From NCBI GenBank assembly GCA_963664195.1, contig OY760907.1, positions 928,001 to 992,000 of the forward strand: a stretch of 64,000 nucleotides of DNA. The letters run 5' to 3'. Under the pieces are notes generated by a model. The model was not told where the DNA came from. It made no database searches and saw nothing but the letters and a program-made list of their open reading frames with translations. The translations under genes and the position numbers were made by a program. Shown here one piece after another: positions 1 to 8,812 of the stretch; the first letter of the stretch is position 1, and every line of letters starts with the position of its first letter. The DNA comes from an uncultured candidate division Zixibacteria bacterium (GTDB taxonomy: Bacteria > Zixibacteria > MSB-5A5 > GN15 > FEB-12).

Positions 1-696
1 GCCGTTTGTCTCAAGGTCGGATTCGCCCAGATGATATGATACTAGTTGCACGTCGCTGAGTTCTTCTGCCAGACGGTGCCCCACGCCCATGAATGTACCG
101 CCAGTGCCGAGTCCGGCCACAAAGTGCGTCACCTCGCGGTTGGTTTGCCTGAGGATCTCCAGGGCTGTGCCTCTATAGTGTGCCCGCCAATTGGCAGGGT
201 TGCGATACTGGTCAGCTAAGTAATACGCCTGTGGACTCAAATGGTACAACAGACGAGCCTCGGCTACGGCGCCCGCAAGACCATCCAGCGGATCGGTGAA
301 AATCACCTCTGCACCGCAGGCTTTGACTGCCTGTAAAAGGCGGCTGTCGACATTCTCCGGCATCACGAGCTTCACTCGATAACCCGCCGCGGCCCCGATC
401 ACGGCGTAGGCGACTGCACTGTCACCGGAGGCGGCATCGAGAATCATCCTGGCATGATTCAAGCTGCCTGAACGCTCACCTTCTTTAATGATGTTTAGCA
501 CAGATCGGTCTTTCGCCGAACCGCCCGGATTGAGCCATTCGGCTTTCCCGCAGATTTTCACCGGCGGCACCTGACCGGCGATTCTGCTCAAGTCCAGGAG
601 CGGTGTATTCCCCACAGCGTCGAGCACACCGATTCGTCGGTCGGAAGTGCGGCCGGAAGCTCGCGGACGTACTTGCCCCGCCCTCTGTTCTTCCAT
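1..696 (-). CDS. PLP-dependent cysteine synthase family protein (3' end runs off the window)
   Basis: Manual translation from ATG 696: ...VGNTPLLDL...KAEWLNPGGSAKDRS...DQYRNPANWRAHY...HFVAGLGTGGT. Absent from the ORF track because it is open at the edge. Confidence 0.85.
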   Translation of the reverse strand, partial: MEEQRAGQVRPRASGRTSDRRIGVLDAVGNTPLLDLSRIAGQVPPVKICGKAEWLNPGGSAKDRSVLNIIKEGERSGSLNHARMILDAASGDSAVAYAVIGAAAGYRVKLVMPENVDSRLLQAVKACGAEVIFTDPLDGLAGAVAEARLLYHLSPQAYYLADQYRNPANWRAHYRGTALEILRQTNREVTHFVAGLGTGGTFMGVGHRLAEELSDVQLVSYHLGESDLETNG

Positions 697-817
697 ACAG
701 GTGTTACGCCTCTCGGAGCGAGAGGGATTGAAACGAGGCGAACAATGCGACAGACAGAGAAGACCCGACGCACCATAAGGTCCGCCGGGTTACCGTCTAT
801 CGAATGTCTCAGGCCAG

Positions 818-2290
818 CTACCGAAGATTGCGCAGCATCGCAAAGAAAGGCTGCCAGTCTTTGATCACAACCGGCTTCTGATCAAACAGCTTCGCGTCGG
901 CCTCGTCGAGTCTTGACTTGTCGATCATCACAAGCAACACGTTCTGGTCGAACCAATTATCGTACATCGTCCAGTACCCGTTGTTGCCCTTGCTGCTGCC
1001 CCAGGAGTTCTCCACCAACCATTTGCGCGGCACACCCGCCGAAGTTGTATCGGCACCCGTAATCGCCATGGCATGGTTGGGAGACATGTCCCAGTAATTG
1101 ATCCGGTCTTCCTTGGTAAGATTGAAGTCCAACCCGAACGTAGCGTTGTAGTCATAGATGTTGATGGCAAACATACCGGAGTCATTGAAATTATCCGCAC
1201 CGACATCGCACGCGAACCAGACAATCTGACTGTCAAGGAGCGACTCGAAAGTGTACTTCTTCAGCTTCTCAATCGGCATATTCAACAGCTGCATGTCCGA
1301 CCCCTCAAAGAGTATACGGCCGATCTCAAACTCGTACAGCTTGTCGAATTCCCTGGCCGGGTTGTGACAGAGCGCCACATACTCCGGCATCTCCTCGCCG
1401 TAGAACTCGCTGTAGAACCCCATCGGCGTGTAGCTCTTCTCAACCAGGACTTTCTTTTCCTCAGGCTCTTCGGCCTCAGAGGTTGAATCGGCAGTTGAGT
1501 CTGCGGTCTCAGCCTCGATCTTCTCCTCATAACGGAAGACAAACTCTTTCGGCGGATGACCGTAATTGCAGACCAGCAGACGGTAGACATCGCTGAGGAT
1601 TTCGGATTTGAGTTTACGAAGGTCATCGATGCTTTTACCATCGGCATGGAGACGCCTCATATCGGCGGCACCCTTGCGCAACAGCGTGTTGATCAGGCTG
1701 TTTTGTCGACCAGTCTTCGAGGACTGTTCTGTTTCCGGCATAGCCGAGGCTGGCACGATACCGTACTTGGCAATCAATCCCTCGAAATAGTTCCACCACC
1801 CGCCGTCGCCAACCGCATACTCAAGTATGTTCATCATCGAGCGATCATCGAGAGGCTTGTCGCGAAGCCGGATTATCTCCTCGAGAAACATGTTGGACTT
1901 TTCGATCTTGTCCCAGAACGACAGATACGATTCGGACAGCGCGAAATCCGACAGGTCGAGCTTGCTCATGACCCTTGGAGTAATGCAATTGGCCCCGGCG
2001 AACATCCAGCATCGGCCGCTGCTTTTCTGGTTGATGATTTTGGAACCGTCGACCTTGACGTTGAACCGGCTGTCGAATCCGGCGACCAACTCGCGATTGA
2101 GCGAGAGCTTCTTAATATCGTTGTTGGTGACAGCATTGATGACGCGATTGATGTCTTTGTCTTTGGCCAGGTTGGCCTCGAATTTGGCGAGCATATCGGT
2201 ACTTACCGCGCCTTTGTCATCGGCTAATGCGAACGTAGCGCACATAGCGACGAGGGCGGCAATGGTGATGAGGCTGCGACGGATATTCAT
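818..2290 (-). CDS. pepC: Aminopeptidase C / bleomycin hydrolase family (peptidase C1B) with N-terminal signal peptide
   Basis: Motifs NQKSSGRCWMFA (Cys), NHAM (His) and VENSWG (Asn). Start set at MNIRRSLITIAALVAMCATFALA because the upstream ORF extension runs into IS sequence. Confidence 0.9.
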   Translation of the reverse strand: MNIRRSLITIAALVAMCATFALADDKGAVSTDMLAKFEANLAKDKDINRVINAVTNNDIKKLSLNRELVAGFDSRFNVKVDGSKIINQKSSGRCWMFAGANCITPRVMSKLDLSDFALSESYLSFWDKIEKSNMFLEEIIRLRDKPLDDRSMMNILEYAVGDGGWWNYFEGLIAKYGIVPASAMPETEQSSKTGRQNSLINTLLRKGAADMRRLHADGKSIDDLRKLKSEILSDVYRLLVCNYGHPPKEFVFRYEEKIEAETADSTADSTSEAEEPEEKKVLVEKSYTPMGFYSEFYGEEMPEYVALCHNPAREFDKLYEFEIGRILFEGSDMQLLNMPIEKLKKYTFESLLDSQIVWFACDVGADNFNDSGMFAINIYDYNATFGLDFNLTKEDRINYWDMSPNHAMAITGADTTSAGVPRKWLVENSWGSSKGNNGYWTMYDNWFDQNVLLVMIDKSRLDEADAKLFDQKPVVIKDWQPFFAMLRNLR

Positions 2291-2372
2291 ACGAAGGTCC
2301 TTTCGGTGCAAGTTGATACCGGACGGGAATATAGCGAATAGGGTGAATTCTGACAACGGGTTTGTGTGGAAG

Positions 2373-2758
2373 GCGATGAACGATACCATCACTTCGGTTT
2401 GCGGTCGAGCTCCGCCTGGGCAAAAAAAGCTGAAGCTTTGCGAAGTATCTCATTCGCACGCTTCAACTCTCGATTCTCCCGCTCCAGTTGCTTGAGCCGC
2501 TCACGCTCCGACGTGGTCAACCCGGGAAGGCGACCAGCATCTCGCTGAGCCCGAACCACCCACTTCCTCAGAGTCTCCGCGGAGCAACCTATCTTCTGTG
2601 CTATCGACTGGATGGCCGATCACTGAGAGCTATACTCTCCAAGATGCTCCTCGACCATACGTACGGCCCGTTCCCGGACCTCCGGTGAATACCCGCTTGC
2701 TCTTGCCATGACTGTAATCTCTCACATTATTCACCCTCCGGCAACTCTGGGCGGTTCA
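2373..2758 (-). mobile_element. Truncated IS3-family (IS51/IS629-like group) element: left inverted repeat, interrupted orfA and the first codons of orfB
   Basis: The end reads TGAACCGCCCAGAGTTGCCGGAG from 2758. orfA (2709-2389) translates MARASGYSPEVRERAVRMV...[24 protein letters not shown]...[32 protein letters not shown]. orfB starts MVSFI and then breaks off. Confidence 0.85.
2389..2709 (-). pseudogene. IS3-family transposase OrfA with internal TGA at 2620-2622
   Basis: In-frame TGA at codon 30, where IS3 OrfA proteins typically have Trp. Confidence 0.8.
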
Positions 2759-2914
2759 GGAATCGATTTCATCAGGTGCTCGCCCAAGAGATAACGGGAT
2801 ATCCACTCTGTTACCAAGAGCAGAACGATTGCTTCAGAGTGGGGACATTGCGATTCGCTCGCAATTGCCTAACAAGGAATACTTGACAATACAGATGTTT
2901 CGGTTCGACCCTGG

Positions 2915-2944
2915 AGAAAGCCCCTGCGGCTAGCAGGAGCTTTC
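2915..2944 (-). terminator. Putative hairpin/terminator downstream of the zinc-ribbon gene
   Basis: Imperfect inverted repeat GAAAGCCCCTGC-GGCTA-GCAGGAGCTTTC. Confidence 0.4.
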
Positions 2945-2982
2945 CAATGACGATGTGAAATACCCAGTACTACGGGTCCTCT

Positions 2983-3123
2983 TCACACTTTGCTGTAGGT
3001 GGTGCCATTGCACTTGGGGCACGGCGGAAGCTTGTCGTCGGTGTCATCCAAGGTCACAGTAGTACCGCACTTGGTGCACTTGTACGTGCCTTTGCCTGGT
3101 TTTTCACCTGTCGTTGGACACAT
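2983..3123 (-). CDS. Small zinc-ribbon protein (YjzC-like, 46 aa)
   Basis: MCPTTGEKPGKGTYKCTKCGTTVTLDDTDDKLPPCPKCNGTTYSKV*, with two CxxC pairs and a strong SD (AAAGGAG). Below the ORF-track length cutoff. Confidence 0.85.
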   Translation of the reverse strand: MCPTTGEKPGKGTYKCTKCGTTVTLDDTDDKLPPCPKCNGTTYSKV

Positions 3124-3336
3124 AGGCCTTCTCCTTTCTAAGCCATGGGCAGAAGGTAATCAGCCGCCCAATTCGCTCTGCTTAGTGTTCTATACACAAA
3201 TCGCCCGCACTGTTGTCGTCGATAGCAGATCAAATGAGTGATGTCAATCACATTCCTCCGACAGTCGACCCGAAGAGACCGGCAGACCTCTTGTGTCCGG
3301 GACAGCCCCTGGGCCACGCGGGACGAGTCGGAGAGT

Positions 3337-3364
3337 GGCGGGTTCGAAGACAGACCCGCCCTAC
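3337..3364 (-). repeat. GTAG-type REP-like palindrome
   Basis: Reverse strand reads GTAG-GGCGGGT-ctgtcttcga-ACCCGCC. Confidence 0.5.
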
Positions 3365-3451
3365 AACAGAATCCCAGCCGCCCCCCCCTAACCCCCTGCT
3401 ATACCTACAGCTTTGACGGTTCCTGTCGATATACCTCGATAAGGAACTGTT

Positions 3452-4819
3452 ATGCCCGAAAAAGCGATTTTCTACGGTGATATAGTCAACAGGAAGCAAC
3501 GTCGGCGTATCCGCGATACCTATCCGGGCCACGTAGATGATATCCTGTGGCATGACGCACCAGACATGTTTGAATCCAACGGCGAAAGGTCCGTGGTGTT
3601 TGTCGATCTCGATGATCCGGCGTTCGCCGATCCGGGGTTTTTGCTCTCCATTTCGACCGCCGGGCAGATGGTCAAACTTATTGGCAAATCGACAGATACT
3701 TCCACAGAACAGGCCCGCGAAGTCGCCCGGCTGGGCGTCTCAGAGCTGCTGACCTCGGATGAGTGTCTGGAACGTCTGGAAGCTATCCTCAAGGAAGCAG
3801 AGAAAATCCCCGCTACCTCCGACCAACAAGAAGTATCGAGATACGGAATCGACGCCCTTATCGGAGTGTCGGAGCAGATTGGGGAAATTCGCAGTACCAT
3901 CAGTCTGTTGTCCGAGGTCGATTTTCCCAGCGCTCTTGTCCTGGGCGACACCGGCACTGGCAAGAGTCTTATTTCAAAGATCCTGCACAATTCAGGAACG
4001 CGTGCCAGGCATAATCTGGTCGAGGTCAACTGCTCTGCCATTCCCGATGAACTGTTTGAAACCGAGTTGTTTGGTCATGCCAAGGGCGCTTTCACCGACG
4101 CCAAAAAAGAGAAGCAGGGACTGTTCGAGTACGCCGAGGGCGGAACGCTGTTTCTTGACGAGGTGGGCAACCTCTCAGCCTCGGCGCAGGCAAAACTACT
4201 GAAGGTTGTCGAGGACAAGAAACTCCGCAAGGTGGGCAGCGTCACCGACAAGGATATTAATGTGCGAGTGGTCGCGGCCACGAATCTCAATCTTGAAGCC
4301 GCCGTCCAGGCCGGGTCGTTTCGTGATGATCTTTTCTACCGGCTCAACCTTCTGACGCTTGAAATTCCCCCGCTCTGCGAAAGACCGGATGATATCCCCG
4401 AGTTGATCACGCACTACCTGAGCTATTACTCGACCAACTACGGCAAACCCTACATTGTAGTAGATGAAGCCGCAACCAATCAACTGAAAAGCTATCACTG
4501 GCCCGGAAATGTGCGTGAGTTGTGCAATATCCTCGAACGGGCCGTGTTGCTCAGCCGCGACGGCACAATTGGCGTCAACAACATCGGGGCAGCTTTCACC
4601 AACAGCCGTATCAGTGCCGCCGACCGCCAGCAATTGGTGATAGACATTCCGCCGCAGGGCCTCACGCTTCAGGAAGTCGAGCAAAATGTCGTGAAGCAGA
4701 TTCTCAACATGTTCGACTGGAACAAGTCGCAGGCTTCGAAATTCCTCGGCATCTCTCGTCCGCGCCTGAGGCGCATCATCGCAGCCGCCGGACTGGAACA
4801 AGACAGACGTCAGGTGTAA
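3452..4819 (+). CDS. Sigma-54-dependent enhancer-binding protein (atypical receiver-like N-terminus, AAA+ domain, Fis-type HTH)
   Basis: Walker A GDTGTGKS, ETELFGHAKGAFTDA, Walker B TLFLDEV, FRDDLFYRLN, WPGNVREL and C-terminal WNKSQASKFLGISR. Confidence 0.95.
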   Translation: MPEKAIFYGDIVNRKQRRRIRDTYPGHVDDILWHDAPDMFESNGERSVVFVDLDDPAFADPGFLLSISTAGQMVKLIGKSTDTSTEQAREVARLGVSELLTSDECLERLEAILKEAEKIPATSDQQEVSRYGIDALIGVSEQIGEIRSTISLLSEVDFPSALVLGDTGTGKSLISKILHNSGTRARHNLVEVNCSAIPDELFETELFGHAKGAFTDAKKEKQGLFEYAEGGTLFLDEVGNLSASAQAKLLKVVEDKKLRKVGSVTDKDINVRVVAATNLNLEAAVQAGSFRDDLFYRLNLLTLEIPPLCERPDDIPELITHYLSYYSTNYGKPYIVVDEAATNQLKSYHWPGNVRELCNILERAVLLSRDGTIGVNNIGAAFTNSRISAADRQQLVIDIPPQGLTLQEVEQNVVKQILNMFDWNKSQASKFLGISRPRLRRIIAAAGLEQDRRQV

Positions 4820-5009
4820 CGCCGGAACAAATCGTTCCAATTGCCGATTTTCTCCCGTAACTCGCTATCTCTCAACCTATTGGATTCGCTGGACCGTCTC
4901 AGGGGTGGTTCGAGACGTGACATTAAGCCATTTTGAGGCAATTCGCAGTCCGACTCGTCGAGACCGATAAGGCCAACGGTCACACAGCGTTGCGGCGAGA
5001 CTAGAAGCA

Positions 5010-5026
5010 CGGCACGGCGATTGCAA
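5010..5026 (+). promoter_or_regulatory. Sigma-54 -24/-12 promoter
   Basis: cGGCACggcgaTTGCA has GG-N10-GC spacing and a near-consensus match, about 60 bp upstream of ATG 5087. Confidence 0.75.
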
Positions 5027-5086
5027 GTGGAATCACTGTCGATCTGACAATAATGCTATTTGAGATACTCGCAAAGGAGTTTCCTG

Positions 5087-5629
5087 ATGACCAGAACCAA
5101 CTCGCTCAAGCTCAACACCGCGACCTTCGCCCTCGTGATCTTCGCTCTTCTGGCAGTTGTTGGTTGTTCTAACAACCCGATTGCCAACGACCCTCAGACT
5201 GCTGAGCCGCAAGTCTTGAGCCGTGTCGGTCGAACTGTCGGAACCGCTTCCGCCTCGCCGATCAACCTTTATACCGAACAGGTCATATCCGCCAGTGAGG
5301 GCGGCACACTGACCCTGCTCGACGTTGTCCTTGATATCCCGGCCGGCGCAGTACCGCAGGATACCGTATTTTCCATTATGATACCGGACGATGAGATATT
5401 CTACAATGAGTTCGGTACCGACGGTCTCAAGTTTGACAAGCCGGTCACGGTTACTATGTCCTACCGCAACGCCGATTTGAGCGGTATCAAGGAATCGACT
5501 ATCCGCATAGGTTACTTGAATGAGAGCACGGGCGTGTGGCAGGATATGGTATGTACTCTTGATCGGGTCAACAAGACCGTCACCGCACAGCTGTACCATT
5601 TCTCCGCCTACGGCCTGATTTCGGACTAA
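5087..5629 (+). CDS. Lipoprotein with ZU5-like beta-sandwich and C-terminal HFS motif
   Basis: SD AAGGAG; lipobox-like AVVG-C; GGTLTL..V.LDIPAGAV, FDKPVTVTMSY and TVTAQLYHFSAYGL pattern. Confidence 0.7.
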   Translation: MTRTNSLKLNTATFALVIFALLAVVGCSNNPIANDPQTAEPQVLSRVGRTVGTASASPINLYTEQVISASEGGTLTLLDVVLDIPAGAVPQDTVFSIMIPDDEIFYNEFGTDGLKFDKPVTVTMSYRNADLSGIKESTIRIGYLNESTGVWQDMVCTLDRVNKTVTAQLYHFSAYGLISD

Positions 5630-5678
5630 TTAAGACAGTAATCGGATTTACCTCTTAAGAAAGAAGTGACTAAGTAGC

Positions 5679-6752
5679 ATGAAGATAGATACTACAGAAC
5701 GGTCGGGGATTGACTTCCGCCGAGAGATCAAAGACGGTCCCGCACTGTTGGAACTGGCCCGAGGCTGGCTGAAGCAGGGAAACACGGTGGTAGCTTTGGA
5801 ACTACTACAGTCTGCCCTGGAATCGCCCGAAGCTGAGCGGCTGACCGACATCCGTGCGAAGGTCCTCAAAGAGACCGGGCGCGCCCTGATGATGCAGTCC
5901 GACTGGGACAGAGCAGACTCACATTACCTGGAAGCCCAGCGCCTGTTCCTCTCAGACGAGGACTACCGGGGAGCCTCCGAGTGTGCACGCAACCGGGCTA
6001 ACATGTTCTTCCAGCAGGGCAAGTTTGCCGAATCCGGTAACCTCTGCGAAACCGCCCTCGAATGGGCATCAACGATCAAAGACTATGAGCTTCGCGCCAC
6101 GATCCTCAACACGCTGGCAGCAATCAACTCCTCTACCGGCGAACATCGCGAGGCCCTCCAAACCTTTAAGCTCTGTTTGGCTGACTTCCGAAGCGCCGGC
6201 AACATCCTCCGCCAGGGTTATGTCCTGCTCAATCTCGGTCTGACCCACATTGATCTAAGCGAGTTCCCGGAGGCAATCAACAGCCTCAACGAAGCTCTCG
6301 CTATCGCTATGACTGAAAGAGACTTGCACCTGGTGGAAATATGCTACCAGAACATCTCCAAGTGCTATCTGGAGCAGAACGAAACCATGCTGGCCAAGTC
6401 AGTGATCGATACTGCCCGCAAGATCCTTCCGGGTCTCAACTCCGCAGCTCTCGAGACTGAACTCAACGTAATTGACTGCAAGATCCTGCGACTGATGGGC
6501 GATTTCAACACCGCGCTTGCACTTGCGAACACCACGTATGAACAGGCAGTCGAGAACAAGTTGGCGGCCATCCAGGCTGATGTCCTGTTTGAGCAGGGTC
6601 ATCTGTACAAGCAGATTGGAAATCGCTGCCTGGCAATCGCGAAATTCAACGCCGCTGCGCAGCAATATCGCCAGATTGACATGGATAAGGGATTCCGTGA
6701 TTCTATTCAGGCGGTGGAGCATCTGGAAAAAGGAGCCGATAGGAGACTGTAG
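5679..6752 (+). CDS. Tetratricopeptide repeat protein
   Basis: Serial TPR-like helices, e.g. ATILNTLAAI...HREALQTF and GYVLLNLGL...EAINSLNEAL. Confidence 0.85.
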   Translation: MKIDTTERSGIDFRREIKDGPALLELARGWLKQGNTVVALELLQSALESPEAERLTDIRAKVLKETGRALMMQSDWDRADSHYLEAQRLFLSDEDYRGASECARNRANMFFQQGKFAESGNLCETALEWASTIKDYELRATILNTLAAINSSTGEHREALQTFKLCLADFRSAGNILRQGYVLLNLGLTHIDLSEFPEAINSLNEALAIAMTERDLHLVEICYQNISKCYLEQNETMLAKSVIDTARKILPGLNSAALETELNVIDCKILRLMGDFNTALALANTTYEQAVENKLAAIQADVLFEQGHLYKQIGNRCLAIAKFNAAAQQYRQIDMDKGFRDSIQAVEHLEKGADRRL

Positions 6753-6803
6753 ACAGGCAACGAACACCTGCTGCAGTTACTCAGACCGGAAAGACAGGAC
6801 AGC

Positions 6804-8657
6804 ATGCACCACCTGAGCGCCACAAACGCCGATACGGACTGGGCGAGGACAATAGACAACCTGTTGACCCTGGCCAAGGAGGCCAGCCAGTCGTTCGACT
6901 TCGACCGCGCAATCGAATATCTCTGTAACCTCGAGAGAATCTGGGATTCCAAGGGACTCCCGGATTTCTCCATGGAACTGAGAGTCGAATTACACCGGGA
7001 GAAGGGGAAGGCGTTTACGAAGCTCGGAAAGCTCGATGAGGCAATCAACGAGTACCAGCGTATCCTCAAGTTTTGCCAGGATTCCAACCAGCTTGAGGCC
7101 AAGTCCGAGACCTTCACACAAATCGGACAACTCCTGAGCAAACAAGGCGACCATGAGCGCGCGCTCGGCTATCACCAGCGGGCAATCGGCGCCTATCGCA
7201 GGCTCAGGGACAACACTGGCATGTGCAAGGCACTCCGCAACCTGGGCGTCAGCTATATTGAATTGGGTGAATTCGAGGAGGCCGAAGACACCTACCAGCA
7301 GGCGATTGAAATCGCTGAGCAACTCGGTGACCGTCTGCTGTATGCTGATCTCGTCAACAACCTTGGCGCGATCCTCAACATGAAGGGCAATTGGGAAGAG
7401 GCTCTGGACAAGTACCAGGTGTCATTGGAGATTTATGCCGCAGAGAACGAAATCAGAAAAAGCGGCTATGCCAAGAACAATGTCGCGATTACCTTCAACG
7501 AGCAGGGAATGCACGACGAGGCGTTCACGTATTTCCGGTCCGCCTATGATATCGCCAATCAGATCAACGACGCCTCCCTGGCGCTCATTGTCGATATCAA
7601 TCTGGCGGATTTGTATCTGAAGAAGCGGATGCTCTCCGAGGCCAAGTCTCACTGTGAGAAGGCCGAACAACACCTCACCGGGTCCAACCTCACTAACGGT
7701 CACCTGATCGAGGTTAAGATGATCGCCGGAAAGATCGCCACGCACGAAAAGGATCACAACACGGCAGTGAGCCATTTCAACGAAGCGTTCGATTTGTGTC
7801 GCGAAATCGGCGCCCGGTTCCTTGAGGCCGAAGTTCTTCTTGAACGCGGTACCCTGCTGCGGATACTGGGAAAACACTTCGACGCGCTCAACGATCTTGA
7901 GGCATCATACCATCTCTATTCCTCCCTCAAAGCCGAAGGAAAACGGGAGCAGACCGAAAAGGTCATCAAATCTATCGAAACCTTGTACCTCGAAGTCTTT
8001 GACTCAATGGGCAAAGAGGTGGATCACAAGGATAAGTACACCAAGGGTCACTCTGATCGTGTGGCCTCTCTCGCACTCCTGCTCGCCCGCGAGTTGGGGC
8101 TTCGGAGTCACGTGCTCAAAACGATCGTCGCCGGCGCGCTGCTCCACGATATCGGCAAAATCGAAGTTGACGACTCGATACTGAAAAAGGCCGGACGGCT
8201 CACCGACGAAGAATTCGTGCAAATCAAAAAGCACCCCGAGATGGGCGTGGAACTCCTGCGTGGCAAAGAATTCCCGTGGGAAATCAAACCGCTGGTCCTG
8301 CACCATCACGAGAAGTATGACGGTTCCGGCTACCCTCTCGGCCTCAAAGGTGAAGACATCCCACTCGGTGCAAGAATTGTCTGTGTGGCGGACGTGTTCG
8401 ACGCACTCACCTCGGACCGGGTCTACCGTAAGGCGTTTGACACAGAGAAGGCTCTGGATATCATGAAGCAGGAATCGGGCTCCTCATTTGATCCCATGAT
8501 CCTGAAGTGCTTCATAGAAATGATTGACGGCGGCAAGGCCAATCTCGTGATCAACTCACGCACACGCGAGAACGAGATGTACAGCATATGGTCGAAGTGT
8601 AGCAACATAGACGGACAGCCGCTTGACGAATCCGGCCGCATCCCCGTAACTCACTGA
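6804..8657 (+). CDS. TPR-repeat plus HD-GYP domain protein (putative cyclic dinucleotide phosphodiesterase)
   Basis: N-terminal TPRs, then YTKGHSDRV, LLHDIGK, HHHEKYDGSGYP and ARIVCVADVFDALTSDRVYR. Confidence 0.9.
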   Translation: MHHLSATNADTDWARTIDNLLTLAKEASQSFDFDRAIEYLCNLERIWDSKGLPDFSMELRVELHREKGKAFTKLGKLDEAINEYQRILKFCQDSNQLEAKSETFTQIGQLLSKQGDHERALGYHQRAIGAYRRLRDNTGMCKALRNLGVSYIELGEFEEAEDTYQQAIEIAEQLGDRLLYADLVNNLGAILNMKGNWEEALDKYQVSLEIYAAENEIRKSGYAKNNVAITFNEQGMHDEAFTYFRSAYDIANQINDASLALIVDINLADLYLKKRMLSEAKSHCEKAEQHLTGSNLTNGHLIEVKMIAGKIATHEKDHNTAVSHFNEAFDLCREIGARFLEAEVLLERGTLLRILGKHFDALNDLEASYHLYSSLKAEGKREQTEKVIKSIETLYLEVFDSMGKEVDHKDKYTKGHSDRVASLALLLARELGLRSHVLKTIVAGALLHDIGKIEVDDSILKKAGRLTDEEFVQIKKHPEMGVELLRGKEFPWEIKPLVLHHHEKYDGSGYPLGLKGEDIPLGARIVCVADVFDALTSDRVYRKAFDTEKALDIMKQESGSSFDPMILKCFIEMIDGGKANLVINSRTRENEMYSIWSKCSNIDGQPLDESGRIPVTH

Positions 8658-8812
8658 CATTCCGGCTATCGGACTTCCTGTACGCCGAACGATCATGTAC
8701 CCAAATCGAGAATCCTACCGGTCAAACTTCTCCTCTTTGTGTCGACATGTACACAAAAGAGCGGGCTGGACTATTAATCAGGGTTATACCGATAACCCGC
8801 GGGGCAAATCTT

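Noticed and set aside
2291..2392. N-terminal extension of PepC in the ORF track
   Set aside because: It begins in IS3 orfB sequence, and the signal peptide starts at ATG 2290.
2620..2622. TGA at a Trp position suggesting genetic code 4 or 25
   Set aside because: TGA terminates many intact genes in the window (e.g. menD, menA, menC), so this is IS decay.
2800..2866. Paired inverted repeats (CCACTCTG..CAGAGTGG; ATTGCGA..TCGCAAT) as a possible ncRNA
   Set aside because: No recognisable family motif, and I cannot distinguish it from chance without covariance data.
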